Program-made: the position numbers and the translations under genes
Notes under the pieces: generated by a model
The model's database searches: none
What the model was told of the DNA's origin: nothing
The model's input: the letters and a program-made list of their open reading frames with translations, nothing else
NCBI RefSeq assembly: GCF_009914755.1
Contig: NC_060947.1
Length of the DNA stretch: 64,000 nucleotides
Direction: 5' to 3' (one strand)
Source: the human T2T-CHM13v2.0 reference genome, Homo sapiens
Part shown: positions 12,810 to 34,375 of the stretch, in pieces
Layout of the letters: every line of letters begins with the position of its first letter
Numbering within the stretch: the stretch's first letter is position 1

Positions 12810-15030
12810 ATCACCTACTGCTTAGGAGGCAGAAAGCTGGACAAAGGGCCACCCCCCAAATGAATGAAAGGAAAAAGCTGGTTAATGTACAAAATTATAA
12901 TTTCTTTTTACCCATCTTGATAGCTGAGATCTCAGAGCACCCAACTAACGTTAAAACTATAGGAAAACAGCATTCAAGGGGAAATAGAACACATGCACTT
13001 GCTTATCTGGGGCAGAACCTGGGAATAATAGACATATGGCACCATAAAGTTGCTATGAAGAATTCTGCTGAACTTGGTAATCATTTGGTAGAGACGAAAA
13101 AGGGCAAGTACGATGTACAACACTTGGGAGACACAGAACCAAGAGGGAATTGTCCTCGTTCATTCACAGGCTCTTTTGCACAATGGGAGCTGAAAAGAAA
13201 GATTAGAGCCAGGGAAGGAGATTTGAAAAAGTCTTCTGTATGGTACAGACCTAGGGGAGGAGAGAAACATCTGCCGAGGAAAAGGGACAAAGGAACATCT
13301 GGAACCTTCTTAATCCCCTGCTAGAGAACAGAAGCCTTAAGCTTCTGGGAAAAGGACAGCAAACCCTGATGTTTTCAAGTCATAAGTAGCCCTGTTGTGG
13401 CTACAGGAAGGGATCATAACAACACCATTTATCTTAGGGGAGAGGCAAGGGTTGATCCCATTAGAAATCTCTAACCACTATGGGAGGGGTAAAATCACTG
13501 AGCAATCCCACCCTTGAGAGTCAGGGGGCACAAGGCACATGTAAGATTAAGGCTAACTAGGACTATGTCCATCGTTCATAGATTGGAAAATTCAATATTG
13601 TTAAGAGGACAAGTCTCCCCAAATTAATGTATAGATTAAATATGAGCCCAATTGAATTGCCAGCGTGATTTTTAAGAATAGATGACAAAGTGATTATAGA
13701 AATTCTAATCAATTTGGAGGAAATATTTCAATAAATCTTTCAATAAAATTATAATAATCAAGGTAGTCTGACATTTGCAAATTCATAGGCATATAGAACT
13801 ATAAAATAGACTAGATAGTCCAGAAATATACCTAAACAAATATAGCCAACTAATTTGTGACAGGGTGAAAAGGCAATTCAATTAAGGCAGGATAGTCTTT
13901 ACAACAAACAATGCTGGAAGATTCGGTCATCCATAAATTTTAAAAATGAACTATACTACACACTCTACAAAAAATTAACTCTAAACAGAACATAGACCTC
14001 ATTACAAAATTAAAAACTATCAAACTTCTAGTATAAAACCTAGGAGAAAATCTTTGTGACCTTAGTTTAGGCAAATAATTAGTAGACATGACAATCAAAT
14101 CATAAGCCACAAAAACAGAAATTATAAATTAGACATTCTCAAACATAAAATGTTTCCTCTCTGAAAAATAACTTTTAAGGGGATAAAATGATGAACTACA
14201 GACTTGGAGAAAATATTTGTAAATCATGTATTTGTCAAAATATAAAACACCAAAATATATCCATAATATAAAAACACCTCTTAAATCACTTAAATCTCAA
14301 AGATAGGAAAATAACCAAATAATACAGTGGGATATAAATGCCCCGTCACTAGAGAAGATGTACAGATGGCTAATAAGCACATAAAATTTTATCCAACATT
14401 ATTAGTCATTACAGAAGTGCAAACTAAAGCCACAATTAAGTATCACTTCATATTCATTAGAATAACTAAAAAACACACATGGAAAAATATCAAGTGCTTG
14501 TAAAGGCATTGATATCGAGCAACTGTAATATTTATGCCTTGATGATGAGAAATGCAAACTCGTATAGCCACTTTGGGAAACAATTTAGCAGTTTCTTATA
14601 AAGTTAAATATAGACTTGCCATATGACCCAGCAATTCTACTTAATGAAAACTCATTCACACAAAAACCTGCATGTGATCATTCACAGGACCTTTATTGTT
14701 AATCACTAATAACTCTAAACAACCTAATGTCCTTCAAGCGGTAATGGATTAACAAACTGTGAAACATTCACGTAATGGAATATTACTGGCAGTGAAATCA
14801 CTGGTATGATTCCACTTATCTGGTGGTCCGACAAGGACATATCTATAGGAACTGAGAGCAGATTAGTGATTCCTAGGGTTTTACTGTAAAAGGGCCACAA
14901 CAGGGAATGTTTTGCAGTCATGGAACTGTCCTCTATCTTGATTGTGGTCATGTATACAGGACTCTATGCATTTGTCAAGACAGCTAAAACTGTAAACCAA
15001 TAATGAATTTTACTGTATGTAAATTTTAAA
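12810..15030 (+). mobile_element. Old L1M: 5' end fused to ORF2 3' part and 3'UTR
   Basis: 5'-type sequence to about 13560, then ORF2 (gattggaaaattcaatattgttaag...) and an L1MD/ME-like 3' end near 15030. Confidence 0.65.
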
Positions 15031-15912
15031 AAGTAGAAATGAGGATAAAATAAAGATTTTTTTAGGAATAAAATTTCAGAGAATTAACTGCCAGCCAAAC
15101 TGCACTATAAGAAGTGTTAAAAGGAAATTCATCAGGCATGAAATTCCATCTACCCTAAATGAAGGGTACTAGAAACGGTATAAATGACTGTAAAGAGCAT
15201 AATAATTTTCTTATCATTTCTAATTGTTTAAAAACACAATTGGCTGTCTAAAGCAAAAACAGAAGCAGTGTGTTGTATGTTTATATTATATGTAAAAATA
15301 AAATGAACAAAAAGAATAGCACAAAGTGGAAGGGGAGAATTGGTAGTATACTCTTTTACTTTGGAGTAAACATAAAGTCGTACAATAATATGTGCACATA
15401 GTGTATGATTAATAAGAAATATACATTTTAAACACCAGGGCAAACATTACTTGAAAAATAGAATAAATAAACATAAAATGGAATTACAATAAATATTTTA
15501 TTAAAAAGTAGACAGAAAACAAGGAAAAAGTTACAAGGACAAGTGGAACAAATATTTAAATATAGCTAGTTGGTAGAGGTTAAACCCACCATATCTGTGC
15601 ACTATACTGACAATGTAACATCTGCCAGTTGCAAAAGAGAAATTTTTATAATATTCTACTCCATTATCATAGGGCCATCTAGGAGGGATAAATTTGGAAT
15701 TGAGAGACAATAAATTGTTATCGGGAAGAAACACTTGTAAAACAACTCTATAGTTAACATCATACTTAATGGGGAAAAAACCTAAATGACTTCGCCCTAA
15801 GAACAGGACCAAGGCAAATAAGTTTTTTTTTTTCTCACGTCTATTCAAACTTGTACTGGAAATCCAAGCCTCTGGAAAGAGGCAAGGAAAAACAAGTATA
15901 TATCATACAGAT

Positions 15913-15960
15913 TGTTTGTGTATGTGTGTGTATACACACACACACACACACACACAAACA
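15913..15960. repeat. (TG)n/(CA)n microsatellite
   Basis: tgtgtatgtgtgtgtatacacacacacacacacacacaca. Confidence 0.9.
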
Positions 15961-16162
15961 GTATCCAGAAAAGTATAAAAGATTGTATTCATACAACGTT
16001 TATTGACAATTGTTTCTAAAGCTTATATGGAAATGCAACAGACCCAGAATAGCCAATGCAATGCTAAGAAAGAGGGAAAAAGTTAGGGAATTCACATTAC
16101 CCAATATGAAACTCACTATAAAACTACAAAAATTCAGAGACTTTGGTATTGGCAAAATAATA

Positions 16163-17013
16163 CAGTAAGTCCCCACTTAAGATTGTCCATAGTTTATGGA
16201 AACTGTGACTTTAAGGAAAATAATGTATACAAAAAAACCCCACAATTTTCCCATAGGCTAGTTGATATAAATAAGAGTTGTATGATGTATTTCTGGTCAT
16301 GAAAACATTACCAAGCTTCTAAATAGACACCCAAGCAATTCTAACATTAAACGTTAAAGTAAATGTGAGTTATACATACGTTTAAGAAAGAGTAATAAAG
16401 ACAAGTAAGATAATTATTTACTCAAATTTTGATTAATCCATGAGTGATGGCAGTTGCAGTGGTGGTGTATTAAATCAAATAATAAATGTTTCAAAACCAA
16501 AAATTATAGGGAGCACCTCCTAACACCATGCAGTCCAAAAACAAGAACAAATTGGACAGGCTCACTGAGCACTTTTGTATCATTTATTGTCATGCATCAA
16601 TACGATTGTTGTATACTTCCTAAATTTTTATTTGACAATAATATGTGTTTATTCATTCATTTTCCAACCTGATTATTTTAGTTCAGGGTTACAGGTGGCC
16701 AAAGCCTATCTCAGTAGCTCAAGGCACAACATGGAAACCAACCCAGGACAGGATGCCATTTCATCACAATGCACATTCAAACCTATAACCTACAGCCCAC
16801 ATTCATATGGACTGGGAGAATGTAGACATTCGTTGAGATGTGGGAAAAAATCAGAATACCTGGAAAAAAAAAACACGCACACACACAGAGACATGGGGAG
16901 AACATGCAAACACCGCACAGACAGTGGACCCTGCTGGGAATCAAATTTTTTTTTCTCATCAACGTTATAAAAAAATGGCATTAAATAAAATGATGTTACT
17001 CAAGGATCTGCTG
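16163..17013 (-). mobile_element. MER6 DNA transposon (TcMar-Tigger), full length
   Basis: Termini TA|cagtaagtccccacttaa ... ttactcaaggatctgctg|TA, about 850 bp. Internal revcomp of tgtgtggagtttgcatgttctcccc motif. Confidence 0.85.
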
Positions 17014-18386
17014 TACACTCATAGATAAATAGGACACGATAGAGAGCCTAGAAAGAGACCCACACAAATGTAGTAAACCGATTTTTCACAAAGGCCAAAA
17101 GCAATGCAATGAGAAAAGGATAATCTGTTCAACAAATGACCCTAGAAAAATTGGACTTTTACATGTAGATAAATGAATCTAGACAAATAACCTAGATGTT
17201 TCACAAATACTAACTCACTATGTATGATAGATCATAATGTAAAATGTAAAATTTCTAGAAGAAAACATTGTAAAATGCAAAACTGTAAAATTTCTAGAAG
17301 AAAACATTGGGAAAAATCTGATTGAGCTGGGATTTGGTGATGAATTAGTAGAAAAAAAGACCAAAATCATGATCCACAAAGGAAAAAAAATTGTAAGTTG
17401 AACATTACTAAAATAACAAATGTCTGCTCTGTGAAAGATACTGTTAAGAAAATGAAAATACAAGAGGACACCAACAAATGGAAAAACATTCCATGCTCAT
17501 GGATAGGAAGAGTCAATATCAGGAAAATGGTCATGCTGTGTAAAGTAAATTATAGATTCGATACTACTCTCATTAAATTACCATTGACATTCTTCACAGC
17601 ATTAGAAGAAACTATTTTAAAATTAACATGGAACCAAAAACAGAGCCTGAATAGCCAAGACAATCCTAAGGAAAAAAAAAAAAAACTGGTACCAAAACAG
17701 ACAAATAAACCAATGGAACAGAATACAGAACTCAGAAATAAGACTGTACACCTACAATCATCTGATCTTCAACAAACCTGACAAAAAGCAAGTAATGGGA
17801 AATGGATTCCCTATTCAATAAATGGTGCTGGGAGAAATGGCTAGCCATATGCAGAAGATTGAAACTGGACCCCTTCCTTACACCTTATACAAAAATTAAG
17901 TCAAGATGGATTAAAGACTTAAATGTAAAACTCAAAACTATGAAAACCCTAGAAGAGAATCTAGGCAACACCTTTCAGGACATGGGCACTGGCAAAGATT
18001 TCATGACAAACATACCAAAAGTAATTGCGACAAAAGCAAAAATTGACAAGTGGGGTCTAATTAAACTAAAGAGCTCTGCACAGCAAATAAACTATCAACA
18101 GAGCAAACAAACAACCTATGGAATGGGAGAAAAATTTTGCAATCTATCCATCTGACAATGGTCTAATATCCAGAGTCTACAAGGAACTTGAACTTACAAT
18201 AAAAAAAAAACCATTAAAAAATGAACGAAAGACATGAGCAGACACTTCTGAAGAGAAGACATTCATGCAGCCCACAAACATGAAAAAAATCTCAACGTCA
18301 CTGATCATCAGGGAAATGCAAATCATAATCACAATAAGATACCATCTCACGCCAGTCAGAATGGCATTTATAAAAATTCAAGAAAC

Positions 18387-18689
<303 letters not shown>

Positions 18690-18969
18690 AAAAATTCAAG
18701 AAACAACATAAGCTGGTGAACTTGCAGAGAAAAAAGAATATGCTTTTACATTGTTGGTGGGAGTGTAAATTAGTTCAACCATGTGGAAGACATTGTGGTG
18801 ATTCCTCAAAGACTTAGAGGCAGAAATATCATTTGACCCAGCAATCCCATTACTGGATACATCCCCAAAAGAATATAAATCATCCCATTATAAAAATACA
18901 TGCACGTGTATGTTCATTGCAGCACTATTCACAATAGAAAAGACATAGAATCAACCCAAATGCCCATCA

Positions 18970-19312
<343 letters not shown>

Positions 19313-20127
19313 AAAGAAAATGTGGTACATATACTCCATGGAATACTGTGCAGCCATAAAAGGGAATGAGATAATGACCTTTGCAGGGACATGGATGGAG
19401 CTGGAAGCCATTATCCTCAGCAAACTAAGGCAGGAACAGAAAACCAAACACTGCACTTTGTCACTTATAAGTGGGACCTGAATGACAAGAACACATGGAC
19501 ACATGGGGAGGAACAACACACATTGGGGCCTGTCAGAATGGGTTGAGGGAGGGAAAGCACCAGGAATAATAGCTAATGAATGTGGGCTTAGTTTCTGGGT
19601 GATGGGTTGATCTGTGAAGCAAACCACCATGGCACACCTTTACCTATGTAACAAACCTGCACATCCTGCACATGTACCCCAGAACTAAAAATAAAAGTTG
19701 AAGAAAAATAAAATGAAAATACAAGCTACCGTCTGAGAGAAAATATTTGTAGTATACACACTTAATCATGGACTGTCATCCAAAATATACAAAGAACTCT
19801 TAAAATGCAACAACATGAAAACAAATTAATCCAATTTTAAAAATGGACAAAAGATCGGAACCCACACCTCACCAAAGTTAAAGAGATGGCAAATAAGCAT
19901 ATGAAAAGAAGCACATCATTTGTTATTAGTGAATTGCAAACTAAATCAACAATGATATAACATCACATATTCATAAGAATAACTAAAATACAAACCCAAA
20001 ACAAAACAACCTGACAACACTAATTGCTGCTGATGATGTGGAACAATAGGAACTCTCATTAACTGCTGCTGGGTATGAAATAGTACAGCTACATTGGAAG
20101 ATAGCTTGGGCGTTTTTACAAAGTTAG

Positions 20128-21208
<1,081 letters not shown>

Positions 21209-21903
21209 TCTTTATTTTTTTAACTTTTATTTAAGTTCAGGGGTCCATGTGCAGGATGTGCAGGTTTGTTACATAGGTAAATGTGTGTCATGGGGGGTTG
21301 TTGTATGGAATATGCTATCACCCAAGTATTAAGCCTAGTATCTGTTAGTTATTTTTCCTGATCCTCTCCCTCCTCCCACCCTCCACCCTCTGATAGGTCC
21401 CAGTGTGTGTTGTTCTCCTCTGTGCATTCGTGTGTTCTCATCATTTAGCTCCCACTTATAAGTGAGAACATGTGGTGATTGGTTTTCTGTTCCTGCATTA
21501 GTTTTCTGAGAATAATGGCTTCCAGCTCCATCCATGTCCCTGCAAAGGACATGATCTCGTTCCTTTCTATGGCTGCATAGTATTCCATAGAGTGTATGTA
21601 CCACATTTTATTTATCCAGTCTGTCACTGATGGGTATTTGGGTTGAGTCCATGTCTTTGCTATTGTGAATAGTGCTGCAATGAACATACACGTGCATGTA
21701 TTTTTATAATAGAATGATTTATTTCCTTTGGGTATACACCCAGTAATGGGATTCTTGGATCAAATGGTATTTCTGCCACTAGATCTCTGAGGAATCACCG
21801 CACTGTTTTCCACAATGGTTGAACTAATTTACATTCTCACCAATAGTATCTAAGTGCCCCTTTTTCTCCACAACTTTGCCAGCATCTGTTATTTTTTGAC
21901 TTT

Positions 21904-23721
<1,818 letters not shown>

Positions 23722-23784
23722 TCATTGTGGTTGTGATTTGTATTTCTGTAATGATCAATAATGTTGAGCTTTTTAAAAAAAATA

Positions 23785-23945
23785 TGGGGTGGGGGGAGGG
23801 GGGAGGGATAGCATTAGGAGATATACCTAATGCTAGATGAAGAGTTAGTGGGTGCAATGCACCAGCATGGCACATGTATACATATGTAACTAACCGGCAC
23901 ATTGTGCACATGTACCCTAAAACTTAAAGTATAATAATAATAAAA
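23785..23945 (+). mobile_element. Very short L1PA2/3 3' end
   Basis: G-rich tract, gggatagcattaggagatatacctaatgctagatga...gtaccctaaaacttaaagtataataa. Confidence 0.9.
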
Positions 23946-24307
23946 AATGCATGTTCACCTCATGTATGTCTTCTTTTGAAAAGTGTCTGTTCATGTCCTT
24001 TGCCCACATTTTAATGGGGTTGTTTCCTCCTTTTTAATTTGTTTAAATTTCTTCTAGACTCTGGATATTAGACCTTTATCAGATGGATAGTTTACACAAT
24101 TTTTCTCTCATTCTGTAGCTTGTCTGTTTACTCAGTTTCTTTTGCTGTGCAGAAGCTCTTCAGTTTAATTAGGTCCCATTTGTCAATTTTTGCTTTTGTT
24201 CCAATTGCTTTTAGCATCTTCATCATGAAGTCTTTGCCCCTGCCTATGTGCTGGGATAACTGGCTCGCCATATGCAGCAAATTGAAACGGGACTCTTTGC
24301 TTACCAT

Positions 24308-25404
24308 AGAATTGAGAGTGCAAAAATAAACACTTAAATTTATGTTCAATTGATTTTTAATAAAAAGGAAGGCAATTTAATGAGAGAAAAGATTGTATTT
24401 TCAACAAATGGTGCTGGAACAACTGTACCTATAAATGACAACAAGTTGTATTTCATCAAAATTTAAAACTTTCCACTTCAAAACATATTATTAAGAAAAT
24501 AAAAATACAAACTACAGGTATAGAAGAAAATACTTGCAAATAGTGTATATCCTAAAAAATCTGTAAAGAATTCTTACAACTCAATAATAAGACAAAAACC
24601 CAATAATAAATGGGCAAAAGATTTGAACAGGCATTTCACCAAAGAAGATACATAAAATATGCTTAAGAAACATGCTTAAGTTATTGAGGAAATGCAATTT
24701 AAAACCATAATAAGGTGTCACTTTTATATCCACCAGAGTAGCTAAAATACAAAATACCACAATAACTGTTTTTGAAGTTTTAGAGAAATTGGAACCTTCA
24801 TATACTGTTGTTAAAAACTATATTTTACAGCTACTTTGTAAAACAGTTAATAGTCTTACAAAATAAAACATCGACTTGCTACAATACCTCGTAAAACAGT
24901 TGATGTCCACATGATTACTTGTGAGTGAAAGTTTATGACAGTATTATTAATAATAGCCAAAAAGTGGAAACAACCTAAATGTCCACCAAATGGTGAATAG
25001 ATAAGAATAAACAATAATTTTATACAATGGAATTCTATTCTTCAATTCAAAGGTATAAAGTACTGGTACATTCTAAAGCCTGGCTGAACCTTTAAACACG
25101 TTATGTTAACTAAAAGAAGCCAAACCCAGACACCACATATTGTATGATCCCATTTTAATGAATTGCCGGAAAAGACACCTCTATAGAGGCAGAAACCGTA
25201 AGTGTTTTCCTGGGCTTGGGATGGGGACAAAGATTGACTGCAAATGAGTTGGAGGGAATTTTAGGGAATGATGGAAATGTTTTCAGTCTAGATTTTGGTG
25301 ATGCTTGCATAGCTCTATAAATAGACTATAAGTCATTGAATTGTACACTTTCAATGGGTGAAGTTTCTGGTGTGTACATTATGTACCTTATTAAAGCTGT
25401 AAAA
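24308..25404 (+). mobile_element. L1MB-like ORF2 end and 3'UTR
   Basis: tttcaacaaatggtgctggaac...aatagccaaaaagtggaaacaacc...aaagctgt. Confidence 0.75.
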
Positions 25405-25864
25405 TATGAATCTGCTAATAGTCATAAAATCAGTCTAATTTTTGTCCACCACTAGTCTAGATAAGTAAAAGTAGAATCATGTACTTTAGTGCCATTAAGC
25501 ATTAGCCAGCTTGTAATATTATTTTAAAAAGTATTTTTCTGATCCTTACACTCAACATGGGATAATATTGGCTTTATAAGGCTTTTATGATCTGTCTTGT
25601 ATGTCATGAAGACAATTTTGCTCCATAGGTGATAAAGACAGTTTTAACTGAATAAGAAATCAAAAAACATATAATTAATAAAGCCAAATTGTGAATACAA
25701 ATTGTTTCAGAAATAATCACAAATTTAGTGACCATGTAATTGCAGTATATTCCCTTGAGAAATAGTAGAATAACATTTCCAGCAATAAATAATAGCTATA
25801 GTAAATAACAAGTGCATTTATTTATGGCATATTAATAGACTATAGTCCACATATAGGAATATTT

Positions 25865-26005
25865 GAAATTGGGAGCTATTGGTCAAAGAGTACAAAGTTT
25901 CAGTTTTGCAAGATGAATAACTTCCGGAGAGCATGGTGACAATAGTTAACAATACTTTCTTGTGTAGTTGAAATTTGCTAAGAAAGTAGATCTTAAATGT
26001 TCTCA

Positions 26006-26048
<43 letters not shown>

Positions 26049-26190
26049 GGAAAATGTTACCATGTGAGAAGATTGATATGTTAATTAGCTTCATTGTGAT
26101 CATCATTTCACAATGTGTATGTACATTACATCAAGTTATATGCCTTAAATATATACAATTTTGTCAATCATACCTCATTAAAGATAAAAG
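25865..26190 (+). mobile_element. L1MA8/9-like 3' end with (CA)n at about 26007-26046
   Basis: gtacaaagtttcagtt...gaaatttgctaagaaagtagatcttaaatgttctcacc(ac)n. Confidence 0.8.
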
Positions 26191-26714
26191 AGGAAATACA
26201 ACCTAGCACTGTGGTTTATCAATGACTTTTAAAGAGATCTGACAACTGGAAAATATATTTTTTAAAGTATATATTTATGAAGCAGAACAATCAAAACATA
26301 GACTTATAAAGTCAAATCTAGAAGCAATTATTTAACTTTTATCTGTGTGTCAGTGCACTTCAATTGCTATTTTAATAATAGAAAATGTCTATATATGTAA
26401 ATTCCAAAGACATATTTTGCATTACATTTACATGAGAATTAGGGCACGGCTTAAGACAAATATGTAATATTCAGTATATTCTGAAGCTAAAGGATTTCAG
26501 GTATTAACAAAATTATGTTTCACCTCTAGATATGAGTAATGTGCTTTCAAATAGACAAGTAAAATGTTGAGCTATATGCTACTTAGAGAAACACTATAAC
26601 AGTAAGCTGTTGAAAACTGTGATAAATTTAAAAATGCCATAAATAAAAGTATAATCTTTAATACATTTAAAGCAAAATATTTTTGTTATCTAAATAAAAT
26701 ATAGTAATAATTTC

Positions 26715-27723
<1,009 letters not shown>

Positions 27724-27729
27724 TATATT

Positions 27730-28850
<1,121 letters not shown>

Positions 28851-29111
28851 TTGTGACTCTTATAATTGGATTAAATATCTCATTACATATACTTCCATTG
28901 TGACCTCTACCTGCCTCTATTAAAGTATATATTATGCCATTACTAGTTAATTGTTTGCTTATATCTGTCAATAAACAGTAACTTCCTGAAGAGCAGCAGC
29001 CTTGTCTTATTCCCTCAACAGCACAATACAGGGCACAGAGTTAGCAATCAGTACTTACTTGCTAAGTGAATAAATAATATCAAGAGAGAGACTATCCCTC
29101 ATTATCCATGA

Positions 29112-29720
<609 letters not shown>

Positions 29721-30387
29721 TAGATATTTGTCTTGTTTATTTGTTTGTCTTGAGCATGTTGGAAAATGGTATGTTTTTATGGAAATATGGTAGAGCATCT
29801 ACAGTGAGAGCACATCTTTTTATTGCTTGTCCTTTAGAGCCACTTATGGCTGTTTGCCTTTGGCCCTCATTTTCCCCCCGTTGAGTGGAGATGTTACACT
29901 GCAGCCAATAAATTAGTAATTTTTTCAATCTCTCAATTTGGGGACAGTCTTTACAATTTGGTCACACACAGGCTCATGCCAATAGGATGAGGTCATGTTG
30001 CTTAGCGATATTAATTTTGTTATTCATGCCTTTTTCTTCTTTAGCCAGAAAACACAAGTCATTTAGTTTTTGGCCTATGCTACCCGGTTTGGTTGTTGAT
30101 TTTTTTAATGTCCTGTTACATCTTACCAACTAGGCTACACAATTTTCAAGGATAATGAAAAGGTCTTATGCTTTTCAGATAATGATCACTTGATAAATGT
30201 TTGACGATTAAGATCATGTATTCTATATCATATTACCCTATGCAATGATAATAAATACAAATGTTACCATTTATTAAATATATGACATATTCTTAGGTAC
30301 ATAAACGCATGGCTTCATTTCAGACACAAAATAAGTCTGTGGGATATTATCCATATTTTACAGATAAAGAAACTGAAGCTTAGAGAG

Positions 30388-30754
30388 TGTCTTAGACTGT
30401 TCAGGCTGCTGTAACAGAAGTATCATAGACTGGGTACATTACACACAGCAAATATTTATTTCTTACAGTTCTTGAGGCTCAGATACTCTACATCAAAGCA
30501 CTTGTAGATTTGGTGTCTGCTGAAGGCCTGATTTCTGGTTCATAGATGGCTATCTTCTTGCTGTGTGCTCACATGGTAGAATGGACAAACAAGCCCCCTG
30601 GGGTCTTTTTTATAAGGGCACTAAACCCATTCATGAGAGCTTCATCCTCTTGACCTAATTACCTCCCAAAGGTCCCACTTGCAAATATCATCAAACTAGG
30701 AATTAAGTTTCAACATATGAATTTTGGGAAAATGCAAATATTCAGTCTATAGCA
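30388..30754 (-). mobile_element. MLT1A0-like solo LTR inserted in a MIR (about 30260-30845)
   Basis: tgtcttagactgttcaggctgc...attcagtctatagca; TSD gagag/aagag. The MIR core (cagataaagaaactgaagcttagagag|gtaagttact) resumes after it. Confidence 0.85.
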
Positions 30755-31107
30755 AAGAGGTAAGTTACTCAGGCCCAAGGTCACATAGGTATTCATGATT
30801 GAAATCTAAATCTGTCTGATTTCTAAACACATGTCCATTATACTACCAGGTGGTTTAAAATATTATTTTTTGTAGTAGACCCTTTTTAAAGCAAAATTTA
30901 TCCAAGTACAGTTTATAAAGATAAACGCAGAACTTCTTTGTTAGGTAAGAAGTCAAACATACTGTTGATTATCCCTTTTCTCACTTGTCACAGTGGCAGG
31001 CAGGGAATGACTAGGGCTCTAAAGTGTAAAGTCCCTTACTCTTATTTGCTACCTTCTTCACTCTGACCATTTCATATTTGCATAGGGAAGAGATTGCACT
31101 GAAATGA

Positions 31108-31464
<357 letters not shown>

Positions 31465-32264
31465 TGAAATAGTTTCCATGCAACTGTTTCAACCAAGTGC
31501 TGTAGGTAGCTCATAATACTTTGGATAGCAATGCAGTTTTGTTTCCCTCAGGAGGAGTTTCAAGCAAAAAAAAAAAATATTTGTGTTTCTCAGTAATGAG
31601 GAATATCTGGAGAAACTATTGAAAAACGGTAATTTCCTGAAAATGAAATTTACGTGATTACAAGAATGTGATACAGCATGAGGAAAAGCCTATATGTGAA
31701 GATAAGCTGGTTTACAAAGGAAAACCATCAAATTGACTTGTCTTCTTCCCATTTTCATACTACAAGAATGAAAAAAACAGAATGCAGTTTATGATGTGTG
31801 TCTGACACTGGATCTTCTTGGGTAGGTTTCAGATACCGTGAGGTTAATCTGAAGCAAAGATAGAAATCATGAGGCAGATGTCAAAGCTCTAGGTCTAGAA
31901 TCCTGAAATCACAGCAGAACACGGAATAATAATTCAAGGTATGGATGCAGAATGGGGTATATCCTTGACAGATAGCAAAGAAACTATACCATGCTCTCAA
32001 AGGTCCAAAGTTCAGCCCAGTTTCTAATCTTATTTATCTTATAGATTTGTCATAGCATTTAAAGCCAAATGGTATTATTTATGCATAAATGTACATGAAA
32101 AGATCACTTATTGTGTTGCACTAGTGTACCTTGCAGATTCTCTTCACTCCTGTTGGTTCTTTTCATGAGACACAAATAATTGCAGAAAACCAATCACTGT
32201 GACTTGGGCAAAAAGATTCTGAGGAAGTAGTCACTAAAATGAATACAAGTCATGAAAGTTATAG

Positions 32265-32608
<344 letters not shown>

Positions 32609-33555
32609 AGAAGAATGCTACATTTAACCCTTACGGACTTGAAGATTCATGATCTATATGATTACAAACTAGTCTCTAATGCTAAGCCTTATTCTTCTCT
32701 TTTAAAAATGCAGTATTTTGAGGATGTGCACATGAGGGTGATCATAAACAAAAAATTACTCTTAATGCTTCTACTTTGAGCTATTATACTGTAACTTCCA
32801 CTCTTATTCCATAGGTTGTTATGGACTTGTTAGTCTCACGGTCAAGCCCAAAATCAATGGGGTGGAGGAGTATATTCTGCTCATAGGGAAGACCTTGTCA
32901 TGGATTGAAGGCAATAACTGTGAACAATCAGTGTCTATCACACAACTCTTAAAAGGTAACCATTGTAAAAATATATGTGTATTGCTTTCATACTATGCGT
33001 ATTAAAGTTGAATTTTGATAGATAACACAACTCCCACCTTTCTTTCATAAATATTATATATTCACATTGCATTCTGGGATCTGGTTCTATAATTTGAGCA
33101 ATAATATTTTTTCCTTCAAGTTTACTTACGTACAAACTTGGTTTAAATGAAATTTGGAATATGTTAAATGCAAATCAAGTTCAGATATATACATAACTAT
33201 TTCTATTATCCTGCTCCTTTAATTGTAATTAATTTGACTATTTTAAAAAAACATTAATTAATTATCTACCTTATTATTCCTACATCAAACCACCCCATGT
33301 ATTGTGGAACTTACAGCAAGACAAGTAGTAGATAATTCATTCTGATTAACAATGCCACACTTGAATATATTTTGAGAATTCTAAATAATGAGTTCATGGA
33401 AGAGACTGATTTGAAATATTCCTTCAGTATTCAATGTAAAACAATGCACTCTGAAAGAATACAATCTTAACATAAATTCTAAATGAGGAAGGGTGAAATT
33501 GTTGAATAAAATTAATGATGTATTTTCCAATCCCTTCTTGAAAACACTTTTATAA

Positions 33556-33965
<410 letters not shown>

Positions 33966-34129
33966 AGCCCACCTTCTTATAAAAAGTTCTATATAGTAGA
34001 TTCTTTTATAGATAACTAACACATATCCCAGGGAATAAAGAACATGGAGGAAATAGATACATTGATCACCCCATCCCTATTGATGGGATGTGGGGTTATT
34101 GTCCAGAATATACCTTTACACACTGTAAT

Positions 34130-34375
34130 CTCAAACTGAGCTTTTCCTACTAACTAGCTGTGTGATCTTGGGCCAGTCACTATCAATCGGTAACACAGTA
34201 TTCTCATTGTAGCTTTGATATCCAAGCACCTCTGACATTTGACCAAACCTCAGTTTCCTTTTGAGATGATAAAAATAATTCTAGTATCTCCATCATGATG
34301 TTGCTGTGATGGTTACAATAGAAAGTGTATGTGAAAACACTTTGTAAACTGTTAGGCATTACATAAATGCTAAAA
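34130..34375 (+). mobile_element. MIR
   Basis: actagctgtgtgatcttgggc...cctcagtttcc...gtgaaaacactttgtaaactg. Confidence 0.65.

Noticed and set aside
12860-13324. 154-aa ORF
   Set aside because: Lies in an old L1M 5'UTR-like region with no recognisable domain.
31594-31825. Small plus-strand exon-like segments (NEEYLEKLLKN)
   Set aside because: Very short, with no supporting neighbours or homology.
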